Shown here piece after piece: positions 61,074-64,000 of a DNA stretch of 64,000 nucleotides. The DNA lies in assembly GCA_964187785.1 (NCBI GenBank), contig OZ076409.1:66218001-66282000 (forward strand). Reading direction: 5' to 3'. This DNA comes from Amphiscolops sp. MND2022. Its lineage: Eukaryota. The stretch's first letter is position 1; each line of letters begins with the position of its first letter. The notes below the pieces were generated by a model. The model saw only the letters and a program-made list of their open reading frames with translations. It was not told the origin of the DNA and did not search any database. The position numbers were made by a program, and so were the translations under genes.

Positions 61074-64000
61074 TTACAGTTGTGAAGGTGTAATAAAAAG
61101 TCTATAATCTAATTTGGGTTGTTGTCGTAGTTTATAAGTGGTTTTTGTGGTTCTGTCAATTAGAGGAGGAAGTGAAGTTGTTTGGTTGTTAGAAGGGTGT
61201 CTCGATCTGTCACTAGGGACATTAGTGTGAGGGGTATTAATTATATGTTTATATAAGGAGTTGTCATTGGTTGAGGAAGGTAAAGACTTGTCATTGGATG
61301 TTATAGATGGTGTATTTTGATTGGATGTACTAAATGATGGTGGTGTCATAAATGTTTGAGAATCTTCTTCAGACAAAGATTCATCAGAGTTAAACGGGGA
61401 AGAATCACTGTTTGCATATCTGGTAATTTGTGGAATTTGGTTTTGAGTTGTGTCTGAAAAGCGCATAAAATTACGCAAATGTGGATATAAGAGTGGTTCT
61501 TTAGGATAATATGGGATTAAATGATTTCTATGAACGTGTACTATAGAGCCATCTTGTGCAAGTAATGCATATGTGACGTCTGATAGTCTGTCAAGAATTT
61601 TATATGGTCCAATCCGAAGGGGTTTGAGTTTGTCTGAAAAGTGAACATGTGTAAAATTGCGTTTTAAAACAAAGGTACCAATAGGAAGGGGTTTACCTTC
61701 GTGGTAAGTTTTTGTAATATATGCATGTGAGTTAATTTTTCGTAGAGTGTTTTCGTAGACTGTGGAATAGATTTGTAACATAGCAGTTTCTACAGCGAGA
61801 AACCATTGTGGAATGGGTTTTGAGAGTGTTTTATAGAAGAATGGGTTTAAATCTGATTTATCATAGTGAGAGTGTTCAGGGAGTTGAGAGCAATAACGTG
61901 AAATACATGTCTTGGAGGTATCTCGATTAGGGTTTAAATCAAATGTGAGGGGTATTCTGGGTCTAGTATGGAAAACAATTTCGTGAGGTGAAACATTGAG
62001 TTCTGAAAGTGGTTGTGAATTATGTGCATAAGCGTACATATGGACCTGAAATGCCCAATCTTTAGGTGTGTCATGTAGGAACATTCGAAGATGAGTACCA
62101 AGATTTCTGTTTTGTACTTCTACAAGTCCATTTGTCCAAGGAGAATAAGCTGTTCTAGGAGAACGGCGAATTCCCATAAGTGTACAAAGATGTGCCATTT
62201 CTTTGTTAACATATTCTGATCCACGATCAGTGACAAGGTATATGGGTGGTCCAAATTTAATAATCCAATGGTGTAGGAGAGTTTTGATAGCAGTCTTTGC
62301 GTTGTTTGATTTGATGGGTACTGTAACAACAAAGTGACTAAAAGCGTCAATTATTACATGTATATAGGATTTGTTATGAGAAGGAGGATTAATAGGTCCT
62401 TTAGTGTCCATTGAGATTCTATAGTTGAAAGATGGAGCATGTTCTGAAAATGATTGTGTAGGAGCAGTTTGGATTTTCATATTGAAGTGCTTATTACGTT
62501 GACATTCAATACAGTCATGTATGAAAATGGAAAGCCATTTTTCAAGGAATGGGATATAGTAATATTGTTTGAATGTATTGTAGGTGATTTTCATACCAGT
62601 GTGAGAATGTTCATGAAGTTTGTTAAAGACAGTTTTAAATAGTCGAAAAGGTAGGCATATGCGAATAGTATCTTGTACAAAATTTGGAGTAGAGGATTGA
62701 TTATTAACAGTGGGGTTTGTAATGTACAGACTAATAAGATTAGTGGATTCATCAATAAAAAGTTGTGAAAATCTTTTGTAATATACATGTAGAAATGGAG
62801 TACCAGTGATAAGAGGTGTTATAAATTCGGGTTTTTCATTGTTTAGTAACCAAGAATAAACAGTTCTGAGAACCGGATCTTGAGATTGTTGTTGTTGAAG
62901 AGTTTTTATGTCTAATGAGTAATCATCGGGGAGGAAGAAACCTTGAAAATAGTTTTTGTACTTAAAAAATGATGTATCATAAAAAGGTATAATTTGTTGA
63001 CAGTGTGTGAGAGATGGTAAATTTGGTTGTACATTTATTGCAGAAATTAGTTTCTGTGATGTGTTGTGATTTGGTTGTTTAAGAGTAGAATATTTTCCTG
63101 TTTGTAATGTAGTATCTTGTGAGAAGGAAGAGTCAGATTTTGGAATTCTTGTGTAAATATGATCTTCGTCATCACTTGTAACATCAGTATCATTAAGTAA
63201 GAGAGATTGTTGATGAAGGGTTTTGTTGTTCTTTTTTGTAGGTGTCTTAAATTTGGTTTGAAAAGGAGTTACAGATTTGAATGAGAAAGATTGTAAGGGT
63301 TTCACAATAATGTCATTTCCTTTATCATTGATACGAATAGAGAATTGATCTGTACCATAATCAGCAAGAATTGGATGGGAGTCATGTTTTTGGTGGGGTA
63401 AAATTTCTTCATGTTTTATTAAGTAATGTACAGGTTTAAGAGTGTTATCTTGTAAAAGTGCAAAATCAATTTGTGGTGGAAGGTGTTTATGTTTTAATTG
63501 CTTAAGTTGTAATTCAGCTTTTGTGAATGAGCGACTCAACATATCGGCAACAGAGAGATTTTTTCCAGGAGTGTGAATTATTTTAAGTTTTGAAAATTTT
63601 GTCAATTGCATTTGAGCTCTATAGAAACGAGGGCTGAGATTACCTTTCTTTGTAAAACAATGTAATAAAGGTTTATGATCAGTGAAAATGTGTATTGGAT
63701 GTGGAGAACCTATGATAAGAAATTCATAGATTTGAAGTGCGTGTACTATACCAAGGAGTTCTCTATCAAGTGTGGAGAGTTTTTGTTCTTGTGGGCTAAG
63801 TATACGAGAGTTGTACGATATGACTTTCATTTTGTTTTGTTCATTTAACTGGAATAAGACAGCGCCTAATCCAATAAGGGAAGCGTCAACTGTAATGAAA
63901 AATGGATGTTTTGTATTCGGTATTGTTAATTCTGTTTCAGAAGTGAGAGACATTTTAAGTTTTTGGAATAGACTTTCGTGTTCATCTGTCCATTTCCAAG
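61074..64000 (-). CDS. pol: Gypsy Pol C-terminal part (RNase H, integrase), partial
   Basis: FITVDASLIGLG, RELLGI, FTDHKPL, ADMLSR, HEHSH..CIEC, MDTKGP/TDRGSEY/NGLVE, IGPYKI. Confidence 0.96.
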   Translation of the reverse strand, partial: WKWTDEHESLFQKLKMSLTSETELTIPNTKHPFFITVDASLIGLGAVLFQLNEQNKMKVISYNSRILSPQEQKLSTLDRELLGIVHALQIYEFLIIGSPHPIHIFTDHKPLLHCFTKKGNLSPRFYRAQMQLTKFSKLKIIHTPGKNLSVADMLSRSFTKAELQLKQLKHKHLPPQIDFALLQDNTLKPVHYLIKHEEILPHQKHDSHPILADYGTDQFSIRINDKGNDIIVKPLQSFSFKSVTPFQTKFKTPTKKNNKTLHQQSLLLNDTDVTSDDEDHIYTRIPKSDSSFSQDTTLQTGKYSTLKQPNHNTSQKLISAINVQPNLPSLTHCQQIIPFYDTSFFKYKNYFQGFFLPDDYSLDIKTLQQQQSQDPVLRTVYSWLLNNEKPEFITPLITGTPFLHVYYKRFSQLFIDESTNLISLYITNPTVNNQSSTPNFVQDTIRICLPFRLFKTVFNKLHEHSHTGMKITYNTFKQYYYIPFLEKWLSIFIHDCIECQRNKHFNMKIQTAPTQSFSEHAPSFNYRISMDTKGPINPPSHNKSYIHVIIDAFSHFVVTVPIKSNNAKTAIKTLLHHWIIKFGPPIYLVTDRGSEYVNKEMAHLCTLMGIRRSPRTAYSPWTNGLVEVQNRNLGTHLRMFLHDTPKDWAFQVHMYAYAHNSQPLSELNVSPHEIVFHTRPRIPLTFDLNPNRDTSKTCISRYCSQLPEHSHYDKSDLNPFFYKTLSKPIPQWFLAVETAMLQIYSTVYENTLRKINSHAYITKTYHEGKPLPIGTFVLKRNFTHVHFSDKLKPLRIGPYKILDRLSDVTYALLAQDGSIVHVHRNHLIPYYPKEPLLYPHLRNFMRFSDTTQNQIPQITRYANSDSSPFNSDESLSEEDSQTFMTPPSFSTSNQNTPSITSNDKSLPSSTNDNSLYKHIINTPHTNVPSDRSRHPSNNQTTSLPPLIDRTTKTTYKLRQQPKLDYRLFITPSQL

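Larger units (their letters stand above)
52740..64000 (-). mobile_element. env-bearing Ty3/Gypsy element (copy B), 3' ~11.3 kb; continues beyond the window
   Basis: pol (RH-IN), ORF2, env, ORF4, ORF5, then a long 3' non-coding region/LTR ending ...AACAGCTCA at 52740. Confidence 0.95.

Overview
Eukaryotic (metazoan-like) repeat-dense window made almost entirely of nested mobile elements; no host housekeeping gene, rRNA, tRNA or CRISPR seen. Left to right: (1) 3' half of a decayed env-bearing Ty3/Gypsy element (1-7875, +); (2) a decayed Zn-finger gene relic interrupted by (3) a complete but pseudogenised 13.9-kb Polinton/Maverick (8615-22521; AGTAGT termini, ~690-bp TIRs, CCAACG TSD); (4) a ~3.95-kb near-identical tandem duplication; (5) a young, intact 17.3-kb Ty3/Gypsy element (30179-47516, -) with gag/-1 frameshift/pol plus an ANTISENSE 8-exon gene (~1046 aa, all 7 introns GT-AG and phase-compatible) that looks like a catalytically degenerate hAT-transposase/Zn-finger derivative, and more than 40 copies of a GATG-N7-GATG motif arrayed at ~60-bp periodicity in its non-coding DNA; (6) a 200-N gap and small relics; (7) a largely intact second subfamily of the env-bearing element (52740-64000, -) with pol, a 418-codon Met-less ORF carrying PSAP and LYPxL late-domain motifs, a chuvirus-like class III glycoprotein and two more accessory ORFs. 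Top candidate for a novel system: an LTR retrotransposon encoding its own spliced transposase-derived DNA-binding protein together with arrays of candidate target sites (VANC/VANDAL-like logic). A divergent relic of the same gene family in the window suggests the cargo is old and lineage-wide. All homology calls are from motif recognition by eye; no database searches were run.
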